A program made the position numbers and the translations under genes. Positions 29,360 through 45,465 of a stretch of 64,000 nt of DNA are shown one piece after another. Numbering within the stretch: the first letter of the stretch is position 1; each line of letters begins with the position of its first letter. Origin of the DNA: Trichoplax adhaerens (Eukaryota > Animalia > Placozoa); NCBI RefSeq assembly GCF_000150275.1, contig NW_002060957.1, forward strand, positions 699,825 through 763,824, in the 5' to 3' direction. Below the pieces are notes generated by a model that saw nothing but the letters and a program-made list of their open reading frames with translations, searched no databases and was not told the DNA's origin.

Positions 29360-32300
29360 ATGGATAAATCCAGTAAACGAACAGCATCTGGACTACGAGT
29401 TTATAAAATTGTCTTATTAGGAGAAGGTGGAGTAGGAAAATCAGGTAACGTCGATTTCCATACGAATTATAATTATCACCGAATCTCGTCATGTTGTGCA
29501 TTAATTGAAGTATTTGCATTTTTTTTAACATTCTCTTCGTTTATAGTGATAATCTACTTTTAAAATCTTAATCTAATATAGTTATATACGAATCATCAGG
29601 TTATCGTTACTACATCGGCTATAACCAATTAAGGATTGACTTCTTTAGTTTGGCTCTTTAACATGTTCATTTTTATAATTTTAGATACTTTATTGCAGTT
29701 TTGTAGAATACAACATTGATATTCATCTAATCGTCATTCTATTTTATATTCCGGCTATTTAATTTAAAATTCTCAACTTATTAAGTCGAAACACAATTGC
29801 CATTGTCGATATGCTTCATTTCTACATTAAAAAGCCTCCGAGATCAACTTTTAAATGGAACGAAAACCTATTAATTCTGCTGTAGAAAGGATTGATGAAG
29901 CAATTGCCATCATCTTCAAACTTTTGCTAGAGGCTTCTTCAAACCTGTTGCTCTTCTTATCGATTATTAATTATGAAGCACATAATCGATTTCATCCTCC
30001 ATTCTACAGACCAAAGTAGCGGCAATGACCATTACAATCTAACATTTAAAATCTATGAGTTGAAATGGCAGTGCCACCGTAGTAATTGTATGGCAAAATG
30101 GGGCTGTACTAACTGTAAAACAACGTTACATTTAGATGCCCTTCCTATACTGTACACTTACGTCGATAGTATCCTACAATGAAAACCGATTTAACACGTA
30201 TTGTAGTGATATTGATCAAATAAATCATTCAAGATATAGATTATTCCATTAGAATTATTCATCATCGTCATTATTTAATAAACTTATATGGCGGCTCAAT
30301 AAATGCTTGTGTTAAGCAAACGGAGTAATTATTGATGAATGAACGTTAGGGACCGCATAAAAAAGGACCGAGAGCACGTCGTAAAATTTATTAATGAAAA
30401 TAAAATTTCGTTTTCCTATAGCTTGTGAGTAAGCTATCACTTGTTAATCGAACTACTATCATTTCATCTTGCTTCTTATTATTGCTAATATCTTAGTTTT
30501 TAATCGATCTAGAGCACTTTCATGCTACTTATTTTAGTATGATTTCTTCATACAACACGTAGTCAGGAATAGACGTGAAACAGCAGTATTTTTTGTTGCC
30601 ATATCCTATTTTTGAGTCCATACAGGGAGTAATTAATTCAGTATTCATTTTCATCTATTAGTGACAGTTAGCACTTAGCAGTAATATCATCAATTTCCTC
30701 TGCTACTATGATTAAAATCGTTCTGATTCATGCTGTGTAGTCCATCACACCATATCTATCAGTATAACATATCTTTGCCGGGTATATATAAATATTTGAT
30801 TACAAATTCTAGGGAAATGTAACTGTTTGATATTCGAAATCAGAATGTGTTTACTAACCCAAGTAATATACAAATATCCATGATCAAGATAGGGGTGTAT
30901 TTTATCAATGTCAATTTGATCAACGTTCAAATTTTGAAATATTATAAACGAGCTTCTGGCCTTTTTATAAGATTCGACAACGACTTAGGTGTAGCTATCG
31001 TTCAGGTTACTACTGTTAAATTCGAAATTCTGTTTCTTGATAGCTATGTCGAAGTCAGATGCACTTTTCATGTATCTTCTTAGTGGATTGATCAGCTGCA
31101 CTGTTGATGTCAAAGTCCCATCGTAAATAATCCACGGTATTAGTAATCTATACTGTTATTTCCACGCTATATCATGCTAGTAACTCTACCGGAAAGAGCC
31201 TCTATTAAATAAAAGCCAGAAACGATCTCATATTTCACTTACTCTAGAATCATGCTTATTGCCGTCTATAATGAAATGAAACAGATCTACACTTTAAAAA
31301 CGGTAACATGATTTATTATTATCTTTTTTTCTTTTAATATCAGTCTCTTTTCACAAATAGGTTGTATAGATGAATTAGAACGGAATATAATCATGTACCT
31401 TTTTTCAAGCTAAATCTAATTTTATACTTTAATATCTAAACATGCCAACGTATAGTTACCATAATTTCCTATTAATAGCAATATCATTTCTAGCGAGAAG
31501 TTCTACTAATTAATTAGAATAATTGATAACTTCCTCTGATCATAATCTATGTCTTGCTTCTAGCTGTTACATTGCAATTTGTCAACCATAGTTTCGTCGA
31601 ACACCATGATCCCACTATAGGTAAATGATATTGTGATAATTGACTACAGGCTCAAACGGTAAAGTTATCTAAGCCAGAGATTGGTCTAATAGTATGATTC
31701 TTTGTATTTAGAGAACTATCCGTCAACTAAAACGTAAATATTTTCTTCTGCTAATATTGATCAATACTGTATGTCATAAATAGAGGACGCATACCAACAA
31801 CAAGCTGTGATTGATGGTGAAGCTGGTTTACTTGATATCTTGGATACAGCTGGACAGGTTGATTGTCAAATAATCTAATTCTGTAGGATAAAATTTCGTC
31901 ATGGAGTGTTCATTTTAATAATTTAGCTCGATTGTATAGAAAAACTTTAACTGAGCTTGATATATCATTTCTATATTATTTTTCAATTTAGGAAGAATTT
32001 ACATCTATGAGAGAGCAGTATATGCGTGGTGGCGAAGGTTTTATCTTGGTTTATTCTATCACAGATAGAAGAAGCTTTGAAGAAATTTCCAATTATATCA
32101 CTCATATCGAACGAGTAAGAAATTGTAACGATACACCAATTGTTATTGTGGGCAATAAGTCTGATTTAGAACATCAAAGAGTAGTTAGTACAACTGATGG
32201 CCAGACTTTAGCACGGCAGCATAATTGCTCATTTTGGGAAACATCAGCAGCCTTGCGCCAATTTATTGACGAATCATTTCACGGCATCGTTAGAAAAATA

Positions 32301-32399
32301 CGTGAAAAGGAAAAAATTACAGCAGCAAATGATAAAAGTAAGAAAAAAAGTAGTAAAGCCAATGCTGTCAAACGGCTGTTTAGTAAGCATAAGAAATAA
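29360..32399 (+). CDS. RIT: Ras-family GTPase, RIT/RIN/Ric subfamily
   Basis: Exons 29360-29444, 31564-31620, 31784-31857 and 31992-32399 encode GEGGVGKS, effector loop HDPTIEDAY (RIT signature), DTAGQ, NKSD and ETSA. The C-terminus is polybasic with no CAAX box. Confidence 0.93.
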
Positions 32400-34878
32400 G
32401 CCATCACCAACGAAACAATGCTTATAGCACGCTAAAGATGACGAGGATCTCATTTATGTCCATATGTAATCGATTGAAATATTAGAAATACTAAAAAATA
32501 ATTAGATATAAATCATTTTTAGTGTCTTTTTAACATCGAATCGCTTTGTTATTCCCTAATCCATGTTGTACAAAGTCAGAACACTTTTTTGCACTCGTGC
32601 TATGTAGTTTTAGACTAATCGTATTTAATATATTACTCTCTTTTAAACAGTGATTTTGGCTACCAAAGAATAGCTAGTTTAGAAGAGTTGTAAATTAAAT
32701 TTATGCGAGAATGATAATCATAATTATGTTCCTTGTTTATTGAAAATTCTCCAAGCTACCATCAAGCACTTATGATGTGTCAACATCATAATATATTGTC
32801 GCTAATGCTAGGCGATTATATTTAATATTTTTTATTTTGCTTCAAAGGGCTAGTAATCAATCTTTACATCGTGATGAATATTGCTAGAGAAATTTCCTAT
32901 CTATTGTTTGATGATTATTGCTTGTTTATAGTACATCAGGGTATCTAACAGCATGTAGCTCGAATAAATTGCAGATGTAGACTAGTATTTTTACCATTTT
33001 TTTACTAGTATTAGCACGTAGAATTTTTGTAATATGGTTTTTTATTAATGGTATCAGCACACTTAAATTTTTAACTTTATTGAATTTAAACTCAGCTCAG
33101 GATATTGATGGTAAAATAGTAGTTAGCACAATGGTATTGTGATAATGGAAGGATTCATGAATAATATATAGTAAATAGCGGTGATGCTGATTATCGTCCA
33201 TCACCTTGTAGTTAAATTTTATTAGTAGAAGCTTGAATTGATCTTTCATCATGCTTTAACTTCAATTTAAATTAATGATCATCTCGCTTTGTAGCTATTT
33301 GAATGGTCTCTTTAGCATTTTAATTAAAAATTTGCAAACAAACCAACTGATATGACCGATTAAACGTATTGCAGATAGCTCATAATATGATCCATACAGA
33401 ATCTAAAATCTATAAAAAATCGATCCTTCATTGTTTATTACGATGCAGTCAAATTTTTAGATGCTATAGGTGTACCTTCTACCCTTAAATTTAAAACAGT
33501 AATAAGAAGTACCATTTGACAACCTTCTTTGTCAATGTAAGATCGCCCTGCAGCGTAATGGATATTTAAAATCTAGCAGGAGTAAGTTACAAAGGCTGAT
33601 TACCATACAAACTTTCGCAATTAATTCAATTTCTTAAAACTCATGACTGTTAAAGCTAGCACGAAAGTTTGTAAATGCTTACATCAGTATATTGACAAAT
33701 CATGAGATTATTAATATACGAGTATTAACGGATTATACAGTACTGCAACGGCAACTGCAACTACGTGATAAGATGAAACAATCTAATTAATTAGGTACCA
33801 GGAACTTCTGAATTATTCTCCTAGAAGTCCGTGTTAAGTGCTAGCAGGTTATAATATTCAATAAAGACCGAAATCGATATTTGTAAGGGTTCATTCCATT
33901 ATGCAGTAAGAATAACTGACGATGTACACATGAATGATTATAATTATAAGTATACTGTAACCCACTAATAGCTCGTGTCTCGTAAAAAAATTAGATCGAA
34001 TCATTAAGCATATCATACAGAAATTTCTTTAACGTCAATTTCTATATTAGCAAATTGCGTAATAGCTAGCTCTAATCAAAAGAAAAAGTAGATCAGATCA
34101 GACTTGACTAATTAAAAAACTCGAATATTAATGACAGCATTTTCCAAGAAATCTTTAATAATTATATACAAACCAGCAAAATCAAACTTTATTTGCTGTT
34201 GTAGTGTGGTAATATTGATATCAAACAAAGAAAGACATATGGAATTGAAATATATTTTTAATAACATTAATCAGGGAATGCTGATAAATTATATCATATC
34301 CAAAAAAAAATTTCGATAATTAACGATCTTCATTAGTTCTTGTTGACCAAGAATGAGATTGAAATTTTTACAGAAGCAACGAAATATACACAAGAAATAC
34401 AATCTTTACCACAGCAATACTTTAACACAAGTATTACACATTTTATACGGTTAAAGTATGATATGATGGAGTAACAAAGGAAACATACAAGATGTTTATC
34501 AATCAAACTTTGGTTTTAATGATACGATAAATTTAATTACGCCTTATAACTCTTTCAGTAAATGCATACAATATACAGCTTGGTAGTATTTAAGTCACAA
34601 AGGCATGATAATAAATTTTCAGCAGTTGCGACACGAGCATGATATTCTAGAAAAGCATACGAACACTAATTTTGATTTCCATTGTACGCTATCTAAAGAT
34701 AGAAATTTAGCATATCAGTGTCATTCTTATCCTGTTATATATATTTAAACTAAGTCTGGAAATTTAGTCTGTACATTAATCATATTCGGAAGTTATAATT
34801 CACAATTCCTACGAGCAAAGATTCATAATTCTTGTTGGATACATCACTGTACAGAATAAGTTATCATCAATAAGCCGG

Positions 34879-37800
34879 TTATGACGATACATCTTCTCTT
34901 CTTTTCTTTGCTTCCCGAATTTTAGACTACAGTTAAAACCGATAGTATTACTAATAAAGCAAGTGCATAGATATAATACACACTTAACAAACCTTCCGCG
35001 ATTCCTTTACAAAGAGTACCTCATCATCATCGTCATCTCCATGTTTTCTCTTTCCAGATCCAGTGTCACCATCATCAAACTTAAAATCGCCAGTAACAAT
35101 ACTTCGTAAAGTATCAAAATTACTAAATGTAGCTTCGCTACTTAGAGCTCTCAAAACTGGTCGCAGCGGTTTCAGCTCTTTTGAGGTAACATATTTATGG
35201 TTGCGACTATAGATTTCATTTAAATATCGTAAAACTAATTCTTTACTGGATGGCAATATATTTCGTGAAATCGATTTTCTGGAAATGTTAAAAATTAGTT
35301 AATAGGAAGTTAAGCGAATTTAAAACCGTAATTACATCACTATTACTTTTCTGGTAAATTTTTTAATATTTCGATAAAGCTATCTATCACTTCACAGCGG
35401 AAATGCTTCCACCAATGGCTGAAGATACATATCAGAAATGAATCATCTCGCTTCGCTGTTGAGATTAGTTGATCAATCAACGATGTACTTGGTCTATAAT
35501 CCGGCAAAATTTAGTAATTAATTCCTCAGTAAATAATTATTGTTAATAGGGACGAGAACTAAAATGATCAGGTACCGTATAGTCTTCATGGCAGTCACGA
35601 AACCTGTAGAAGCTTCTGGGTGATCTAAGTCCAGTGAAATCTTTAGTTAAAAGCAAGCTCTATCTTTCAGTAACACTGTCTAAATAGATACCTTCTGCTG
35701 ATAGCTTCGCTAACACTGGAAAGAACACATCCGATTTTGGATCCTCTGAGTGGACAAGTTGCCATAGTGTACTTTGCTCATAATAATCCCAATTTAAAGA
35801 ATCCACTACAATAGCAAGAATTATTAATGGACAAAACCAACAAAGAGCATAGTAACATTTACTGTAATACCTAATAACTGTGGCATATTTTCGTTTCCTA
35901 GTAATTCGCACTTATTTAGTGCAATCTGCCGCGAAATTTCGAATAACTACAAAAATAATTAGAATACCGAAAATTTTTGGATTACGATTCTATAGATATT
36001 ACATAGGCCTGATAATTCAATAGAATAACACCCATCTAACCTGTATAGGGTCTACATACGATGCAACAGTCTTTATTACTTCCAATTGCCCATTAAGCGT
36101 ATCCTTAAACTATTGCAACAATCATACTAATGTTAGATATCATCGAAACGTAATATCTAGTCATCGATGCTTCAAATGTTATGACAAACGTACTTGGGAT
36201 AGGACACTAGGTAGGATGTAGCTAAAGACGCTGCGATCGTCTTCACCGCAAATCTAGAACGCGACATTAGATAGTGATAAAATTATGAATTTCTTGAGTA
36301 AACATACAGTTAAATAAATGTCTGTTTACATACTCACCTTCAAGTCATACGATAAGCACTCATTTAACTTAATTTTCTCATCGAATCGCATTAAATCTTC
36401 AACGTAGTCTTTGTACATAGTTACGGAATTGTAACTAACAACAGAACGTATTAGTGCTATCAATAACAAAAATTGAAACCTAAATAAGCATGTGGTACTT
36501 ACTTAACTTTTATATAAAATAGGACCATATATCCTAGCCTTCTTTCACCGGCTTCCTTAACATAGTACAACAACTTTGAAAGAATATTCTTTTCAGTCGA
36601 ATTTACGTCCAAAACGTTCCTGAAAAGTAAGTGTTATATATTCAAAGTTAATAACTGTAACGATACTAATTTTATTTCCAATTTTTAAAGATAAGCTTTG
36701 GTACCGTATCATTGCAAAATGAGGAGTATAAAGAGACTTTGTAACCGATCTGTCAAAACATTATATATAATGATTGAAATTAAATGAAAATACATCAGAA
36801 GCAACATATCGTAAACAAATCTAAATAGAGGTAGTATTAATTAATACACATACTCATCAGATTTATCTTCGTCTAAAAGGTGACTACCGGGTCTATAATC
36901 AAGTATCAATGACTGCGCCAAATACATAGCTATTTTCTTTAAAGTCTCATTTGGTAAATGCTACATTCAAGAAATAAAATACGCAAGATATAGATACAAT
37001 ATTTAAACATGTCTCATTCGTGAACTAATAATTGGTTTTTAAGTGGTATAACTGCTATAATATTTGATGGTAAATAACAATTTACATTATAATTAACAAT
37101 CACCTGTTCAATTAATAATTGGAAAAGGGTGTCGATGATTTCACATTTTCCGGCCTTATCTCTGTTAGATTTAATAGAATACCCTCAGCGTTGACGCAAA
37201 GTACATAGATATCTAGTTTCAGTTTCTTAGCAGGTTACCTTCCTATCTGATTAAGCTCCACTAATGACTGCAATATTTTGTCAGAAAGGCTTAACTCCTT
37301 CAATGCAAGAAAACTGCGATCATTTTCAATGCTATCCGTGTTTGTATTTTCACTATCAGCTAAAGGACTTTCTGGCATAGGTGATTCTGCTATGGGCTTA
37401 AATGTATATTTGCTACTTGGATAGTCTTGCTTTGAATCAGTATCCTAAAATTATATGTTGTCTTTAATGGTATTCAAAACCAAGAAATAATTATTTAGTA
37501 ATTTGATAATCTTACATTTGGTTCATCGTCTGAATCTGAAAAACGAGCCGTATCTTCTTCGTCATCTCCATATCCTTTGTTGCTGTCCGATAAATTCGTA
37601 GTAGTTGTTGATTTTTCTAGAGAAGACGCAGAACTATCACCAGTAGCATCTACTGGAGGTGATTCATTGCCTGATTTAACCGCAACACTTGCGGAATTAG
37701 TTACAGGTGGGGCTATAAGAGAACAAAATCAAGGAATCGTTAGCACAAACGGCGGAATGTAATCCTATCAATACTATACTAACTTGAAGCGCTTTCTATA

Positions 37801-40800
37801 TTGAAAAATTCAGGGAAATTATATTGTAACATCTCTTTTAATTCTTTATCAAGCTTCTGATGATCAAACAATGGAGAAAGAGAGCTAAATTTAAAACGGA
37901 AGATTTTTTTAATTCAATGTTGTTGTCGTTAGCTGTGCAGCGGTCCTGGTGTTCACATATATCACTCATTACAGAACTAATTACTAATAGAAAAATAACG
38001 AAAAATTCTTAGTAATATCAACAATTTCATGAAATCAATTTTACTTTAAAACACGTTTCTCAACCACAAAGTGAAGCGCCTTTCGAACTGCATTTCGTAT
38101 TTGAGTCTCCATTGGCTTATAAAAGCTGGTTATAATCTATCAGAAGGATAGACACTTAAAAAAAAATATTTTTGTTGTAATATTTAAAGAGAAACAGCTA
38201 ATTAATCAACATACCCTACACAGGAAATCGAGTAAGGTAGCGGATATTGTGATATGAGATCTCGTAGAATGAAGCATAATCAAAATGCCTGGTTCTGCAT
38301 ACAAATAAGTTTCAGTTAGTCATCAGCATAGATACGGCATTTGTTATTATAGCAAATAACCTATATTCATAATATTTTCCTGTCCAGGTTGATAACATAG
38401 CCAATCAAAGAATAACGTTAATTTTGCGTTAGCGGATGTTGCATTATTCTATTTGCAAAAAAATTAAACGCATTTTATTTTACTACGTATATAAAGCAAG
38501 ATAAAGTTACATATAATAATGTAGATGGAAGTCTAGTGGTAGCAGTTTTTACTCGCAATCGTTGATTGGTAAATTAAATTTTTAAAGCGGTACCTGACAA
38601 CATTGTAGCAACCACCCAATCACAGCCCATCTTGGAATGATATCTGATCCCAAGATCTCGTTGGTAGGATGAATTACTCCACAAATAAAGCGGATTATAT
38701 CGCATAAAAGGGCATGACTTTCCGGATTGGCTAAATACTATTTTGCAGACGTAGGAAAAGAGTTGATAAAAATTTCGAAAACAAACACATATCCGCTGAC
38801 TAAGAAATTATATTAAGTAAAAGTCAATCGATTTGCTTACTTTTTTCTGAAACCAATCCTGATATTTCTTTTGATGGCCTAACTTTACCTAGATTTCCAA
38901 CATTGAAAACAGTAACCAGAGAATTAGAATTTGTTGATATATCACTGACATTAGTACAATATGCATTTTACGTGATAAATTTTTATGCATTAACGCTAAC
39001 AAACTAGTTTAATTTGGGTTACCTTCGAAGTAAGAAAGACTAGTTTATTTTCCATATCTGGAGTTATACGACTGATTAAGAACTTGCGGGAAGTACGTAA
39101 TTTTAGTAAGTGCGAGATACCTAATAAAATAGAACAAAATTATAGTACTAACTATACACTTTATAACTCGTCGTATACATGGAGGCTCTTTATAAAACGA
39201 ACAATTACCAGTAAAATGAGGACTAAGTGATCGAGGATTATGTATAATGTCTTTCCAAAGAGTATTAAAGACAGGAATTCTAACAAATCAGGTTAAAAAA
39301 TGATTCATGATCGAAAAGAAACTATAAATATCACTATCCGGTTCAAATATATTATATATATATATCACATCTTACTGGGCAACTGCTTGCAATAAACGTA
39401 TGAGGTCGCGACCAATTTGAATGCAATCGGTAAACTATATTTGATAAATTGGAAAAATAAGGAAACTTTGTAAAAATTCATAATAACAATGGTATTGAAG
39501 AGAATGTAGAATTACTTTTTCTCTTAGTGTAGAACAGCAAAAGTCGATTTCTCGTTGCATTAAATGGTGCAATGGTGGCACAGAATGATCAAGTATCAGA
39601 CGAAGGAACACGTATACTACGGCAGCCGTAAGAAAGTTGTAGCTAAATAGCCATGTCCTTGGATTAAATAAATAGATATTAATTGTAAATGTTCAAATTC
39701 CATCTACCGTTTAACGCTAATCGTAGAGATATATGACTTTTACTTATGTTCTTGAAATATATTCAATAGAGCTTCGATGTAATCAATGTTGGTACGACCA
39801 ACATCTCCTCCTACAGTAAAACGATATCATAAAATATTGCAAATTACGCGACAGCATGTACTGCATGACAATGACAAAGTCGAGATATTCTTACCAATAA
39901 TTTGTCTTAAGAGATAAAAGCACATCGCATCAGCTCCGGCTGCTGAAGATTTCACAAATTCAGTAAATAGCCATATAAGCTGTTTCAATGTAGAATAATA
40001 TAGCATAAGGAGGGTGTAAGTCTGTGACATAATACTATTAGGAAAATTAACCTGATTCCGTGTACGTAGCTGGAATTTAAAAAACTTTTCAACAATAAGT
40101 TGATTGAGTTTCGTAAACGCCAAGGTAAGACCATCTCGTGATAAAAGAGTTAAATCACGATACGCCTGAGTTTTAATTATAATTATTTGATAACATTTAC
40201 GATTAGAATTTAATAATTTGACTTAGCGTACAATGTGCCTGTAGTTGCAAATAGGAATCTTAAAAGTGGATTTCAATTGACATTAACTTACCTTTTGCGC
40301 AGCATTTTCGTCCGTTAAAATAGTGTAAAGTAAGCCAATGGTAACATCTTCATACTCTTGTTGTCCCTTGCATACCTATGAAATGGCGATATGCTAATGA
40401 ATGGTATTTTACTTTCTACTAGAGTAATTGCTTACTTTTTGCATTTCTGACGTGCACTGATATAGCGATAGACAGTATATCTAGGTTAAGTTATATATAT
40501 AACGAAAGACGATATTACTTCTGTTAACATTGAATTGAAAAGTAAACAACGTAGCGGTCTATAATTAATTTATCAAGCTATCAATTAATTATTCGCATAT
40601 ATCTTACGTTCTGTTCCAGTAAAACATTACGGTAATCTAAGTTGAAAGTTCATATGATGTGACACATGTACTAGATTATTAAACTATTAATTACGGTGTC
40701 AATAAACTATCATGACCCATTATTACTCTACATTAGTATAAAGCATACAAGGCTCTAAGTAGTTTAATATAAATCTTACATCTTAATTTAATTATTGTAA

Positions 40801-42469
40801 ATTCTAGAGATCAATTTGATATCCTAATTTGTATTTAATTTAGAAATACAATTCGTATTTTACATCTAATTTATTCCATACGAGTACTAATTAGTTCACA
40901 TGTTATAATTCCTATGTAATGCAAAATTTTACAAATTACTAGACTGTTTATCATACATTAAAATTATTAGTCTGCATGGCTTACCGTTGAGCTTAAACTA
41001 TCATGAGCATCTCTTTCGGATAAATTATTAGTTAACGATGTCAAAAATTGATGGCTCTTTTCCCATTTCTGAAATTATAAAGATGAAGACATTTAGCAAC
41101 GCTACAATAGTAAAGATCTATCCATGGCTAGCAATAGGTCTATAACTACTTGATCCAGTTTATAAAAAATCAATGCAATATCATTAGTATTTTATATTTC
41201 AGGTCGATCATTATAGAGTAGCAACATTGTGCGCTTAAAGTCTATGTTAGGTATACACTCTTTCCTTTCTATGATTGAAATCATTTCGAAATTCTACATT
41301 TCAGGATCATTAATTACAGAGTCGAGAGATTGTAACCTTTTTAGTCTATGTCATTTATCTTTTAATTCTTTACTGCCAGCATTGATCTATTTACAAATAG
41401 TGTGTAATAACTTCAGTATTGTGCATTACAGGACAAACATTTACAGAGTCAAGACATTGTAACCTGTTAGATACAGTATGTTCTACTTCTAGACTGATGG
41501 GGAAATTTTGATTGCTTTGCATACGTTTCGATCATCGCTCTTTGTCACTGCGAATTTCAATAGCAACAAATGATGTTCGAGTTTGGCATTGCTGCTAGAA
41601 CAAGGAGGAATTGAACTTTTGCACTGTAAAATTTGCGTTTTAGTTCATGCAGCATCACCGGCATGACTTGGCCGTGATTGTTGATCTACAAATCGAACTC
41701 AATCAATGCCAATTGATTACACCTGTTACTGCTAGCACGCATTCCGATGAGGATATCTATGACAACCTTGATCTGCAAAATGAGCCCAACTCATCAATCG
41801 ATGAGTTGGGCTATTGTTTTGATAAGCAAGTTCTACCACTACAATATAGCGTGGTTGTTAAGCCATATACAGTACGACTAATCAATCTATCATTTAATTA
41901 TTGTCCATTTTTAAGTTACTGAGCATAAGGTTAAGATTACTGCCATTGCATACAAGAAAACTAGGATAAAACAGCTTACTATGGATTACAACCTACTGGT
42001 TATAGCACGCCATGTTAGGAGTGCAGCGCTAGTATGAAAGTCGTCTATTGTTGGTATGATGCTCTTGCGATACGAATGGATTGAATCCTCTATGCCATGC
42101 ATACTATCCTAGATTATGATACCATGAGCGATGATACTTTACATGGATATTAATCACTGTATAGATTGATGATTGAAGGCAGTGATAAATCAATTGGCTA
42201 TCTAAACGACAACACTACAATATTCCCGTTGGACATGCACTACACGCTCAATGGGTAGTAGTCCAACGATCGCTTGTCGATGAACAACTTTGCAAATGAA
42301 ATTCTACTACAGAGCAAGCATTTTCTTTGAATTGTGACGTATTTGAATAAAATTAAGAATTCTTTACTATTCATCATCTAACCTGGTCGAGTTCATCTCT
42401 TGCATCCAAGGCATTATTGATAAATAATTGGGATAACGGTCGAGTAGGAATCTCAGCAGCTGCAGCCAT
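34879..42469 (-). CDS. INTS3: Integrator complex subunit 3 (SOSS-A), >25 exons
   Basis: Spliced minus-strand exons read [16 protein letters not shown]...[89 protein letters not shown] and [15 protein letters not shown]. The terminal exon ([15 protein letters not shown]) is less certain. Confidence 0.92.
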
Positions 42470-43159
42470 GTTGCTTTTTCCACTTGCGGGAGCTACAGTA
42501 TACAGTACAACAGCGTCAACCGTGCTACAGTCCGCTATGCTCAATACGGTACTGTACACTGTACACTATGTCTACAATTGAATCCTATAGCGCAATCATG
42601 AAGCAGGACTGTATGTCGTGTATGGGCGACGATATAATCCTGGTTACTTATGGTTGAATTCCAGTCCGGGATTGATGCAATGCCTCAAATTATTTACTAC
42701 AGCACAGTATTGGATCGATACCATGGTTCGGGACACATAACTCATTACACTCTCTTTTACAGTCTTCTCCTGTCGACATACAGTGTATAGTACGGTAGAG
42801 GATGCACTGTAGGGTTCAGTACTGTACACTGTACACTGTGCCCCGAAGCCTCCCAAAAAGAAAAGAATTTATTGCACTGGACTGGAGTATTCCATACTTC
42901 TAATTCATTTCTTTATACAATTTAAATTCAGCCATTTTCCTATAACACATCCAGAAAATGCCGCTCAATCTATCTGCCAGTTCTGGACAAATATACTAGA
43001 ACAAGTATAATGAAGTATACTGCCATTTCAGCAGCATTTTCAATAGGTCTAGTCTTGACTGTCATGACTCATGAGACAGTCTACAGTAGGTACAACAAGG
43101 GGCAGAAAAATGACTGCGTCGTTACAGTACTTAGTACTGTGATACATTGTACTGTAGTA

Positions 43160-43560
43160 CCGTACCAAAGTGTGTAAAATTCATGTCGCTCAAAATTCCA
43201 ACGCTAAGTTCCAAATTTTTGACATCTATTTAACACTGTACTAAGGTACTTGCTATGCCGCACTGTTTGTACTCTTGCACTCAAGATGAGGAATATGGAG
43301 TGCAATGGATAGGTTAGAACTTATGGAATCCAGGTTAGCAATCTGCTGATCCGAAATTGGACTGGTTAACCAACTGTACTATGATCCAGTGTATTACACC
43401 GTCAATGGTTACGGTGGACCGGAAGGCTCAACACTTCAATTGTACAGTACTTGCTATGTTACGTTGTACCGTGGTAACAACCGTAACATACGAAAGTGTG
43501 CAAAATATATGTCGCTGAAAATTGTGACGCTAAACCCCAATTTCTAGACATCGATTGAAT
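43160..43560. repeat. Two diverged ~75-bp direct repeats
   Basis: AAAGTGTG(T/C)AAAAT..ATGTCGCT.AAAATT...ACGCTAA....AATTT...GACATC at ~43167 and ~43493. Confidence 0.7.
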
Positions 43561-45465
43561 TCCTTGCATGCACTAGAACAGCTTAGTGGACGTAATGTGC
43601 TTTTTGCAGTTATAGCACAAGAAACTGATCGGGTAAACTATTCTTTAGATTCTTCTGCTCGACTTGCTCTTTCCTCTCTCGTAGATAAAATAAAATTATG
43701 AATAAACGCATTTAAAATTGCCTGTCTAAATCTTCCTATTTGCTTGACTCGTCCAGATACGAGGTGAAGAGCACCTCTAATCCCTACTCTACTTCTTTCG
43801 AGCACAGCTAAAGCTCACACAAATTTTCAGTAATATCAATGGAATTGTACGCACCAGAATAGAATTTATATATCTTAAAGACTGAAAACGTTCATAGGGA
43901 TGACAGTATTAGATCCTGTGCTAAATCTGGTGTCAGAGTTGAAAATACCCGTATAATGAAAAATTAACGTGAACGAGTGCATCTACAAACTAAATAATAT
44001 CGAATAAAATTAACAGCATTGATATTATTCATTGGGTAGACAAGTAATGTTAAAATGCAGCAAATCATGACCCAAGAAATTTTATTCATTTGTATTGAAT
44101 AGGTGTAGGCTGAGTGTACAGTCTACCAACGTTAAATTAAAGCAAGGGCATCGCAACTTCGCTAAGCACTTAATAAACGTGTTGATATTCACATTATTAA
44201 TAGCATCAAACGGTGGAATTATACAATTACGGTTATTGACATTTGCAACATTACTATTCATTATAACAAGTTGTAAAGGTCAAATGATAAAATTCATTAC
44301 GAACAAATTCAAGGCAATAAAAAATCCTTATTTGATTGGTATATAATATTATAGCTATGCATTTAAGTAACTAAAGTAGAAAAGATACACAAGCCAAAGC
44401 AAAACTTGTCAAATTAGAGATAGATAACGGCAATCTGACATATAGTATTTTACTACATAGCGAAAGTTTTCAATGGTACGTATTGAAGTCTATATTACAG
44501 GTAAGCTGAGAAATATGAAGATTCAAGAGGACATGATTCATTCGTCAATATGCTATCTTCTGTAATGAAAACCATCTAATTCGTTAACTTTCCACTTTGT
44601 CGCCGGTCCAATTCTTATGTATTTCGTACTGGATGCATGGAGCAGGATGGAAAATGACAGAAAAGCAAAGTACACGTCTGTTACTGAACTATACTGCCCT
44701 GAGCATGCACTGTTAGAATGGTAGCTGGGCATAAATACAGCTGGATAGATACATCAGTAAATCAATAAAAATGGAAGAAATATCGTATAACAGATCAAAT
44801 ATGTCATTCGCCGGTGAAAATAGGCTGTAAATGCAATAGCAATTCAAATTTGAATAGGACTATTGGTGTACAGCAGAGTATTGACCTACTGAATATATTC
44901 AGAGACAGTATCAACAGCTCACTATTCATCATTACATATCCAGTGAATAAATGGGCAGTTAAGTAGAGTCAATGAATACACAACTGGCAAGTTGTAGTTA
45001 ACAAATTAAAGGTTACTCTTTGTAATAACAATTAATCCCTCTAGTACTCAATGTCATTACGCTCCATTTTACGATAATACTCAAATTATATTTTAAAAAA
45101 AATAAATGTAGCATATTGTCTTATTTAGAACCGGCTCGAGTCAATTATTCAAAACTAGTGCTTTCCATTTCAGGCATTAGAACTATTGTACAATCTTAAA
45201 CATGTTGACTAGCGTTGAACGCAAACCTATAGAACAGTTCAAGTTTTGTTATCCGTCTCTCTTGAGGTAAAAATCTACAGTTACAATTTACATGAAAAAT
45301 AAAATTGAAATTAAATCAATGCTTTTATCTGCAAAATTTACATAACGACAATTTGCAAGTATAGTCTAAGCTGGTAGTAAGATCTTTCATGATCCGTTAT
45401 AACAATTTCCGTTTGTCATATAATGTTGTTGATACTTTCGGTACAAATATTTATAGTCCAGACAT

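Noticed and set aside
32340-32399. Ras-family protein lacking a CAAX box
   Set aside because: Normal for the RIT/RIN/Ric subfamily, so not novel.
42600-43700. GC-richer intergenic stretch inspected for snRNA or tRNA genes
   Set aside because: No match to the U1, U2, U4, U5, U6, minor snRNA, SRP or tRNA motifs I can recognise by eye. An Infernal/Rfam scan would be decisive.
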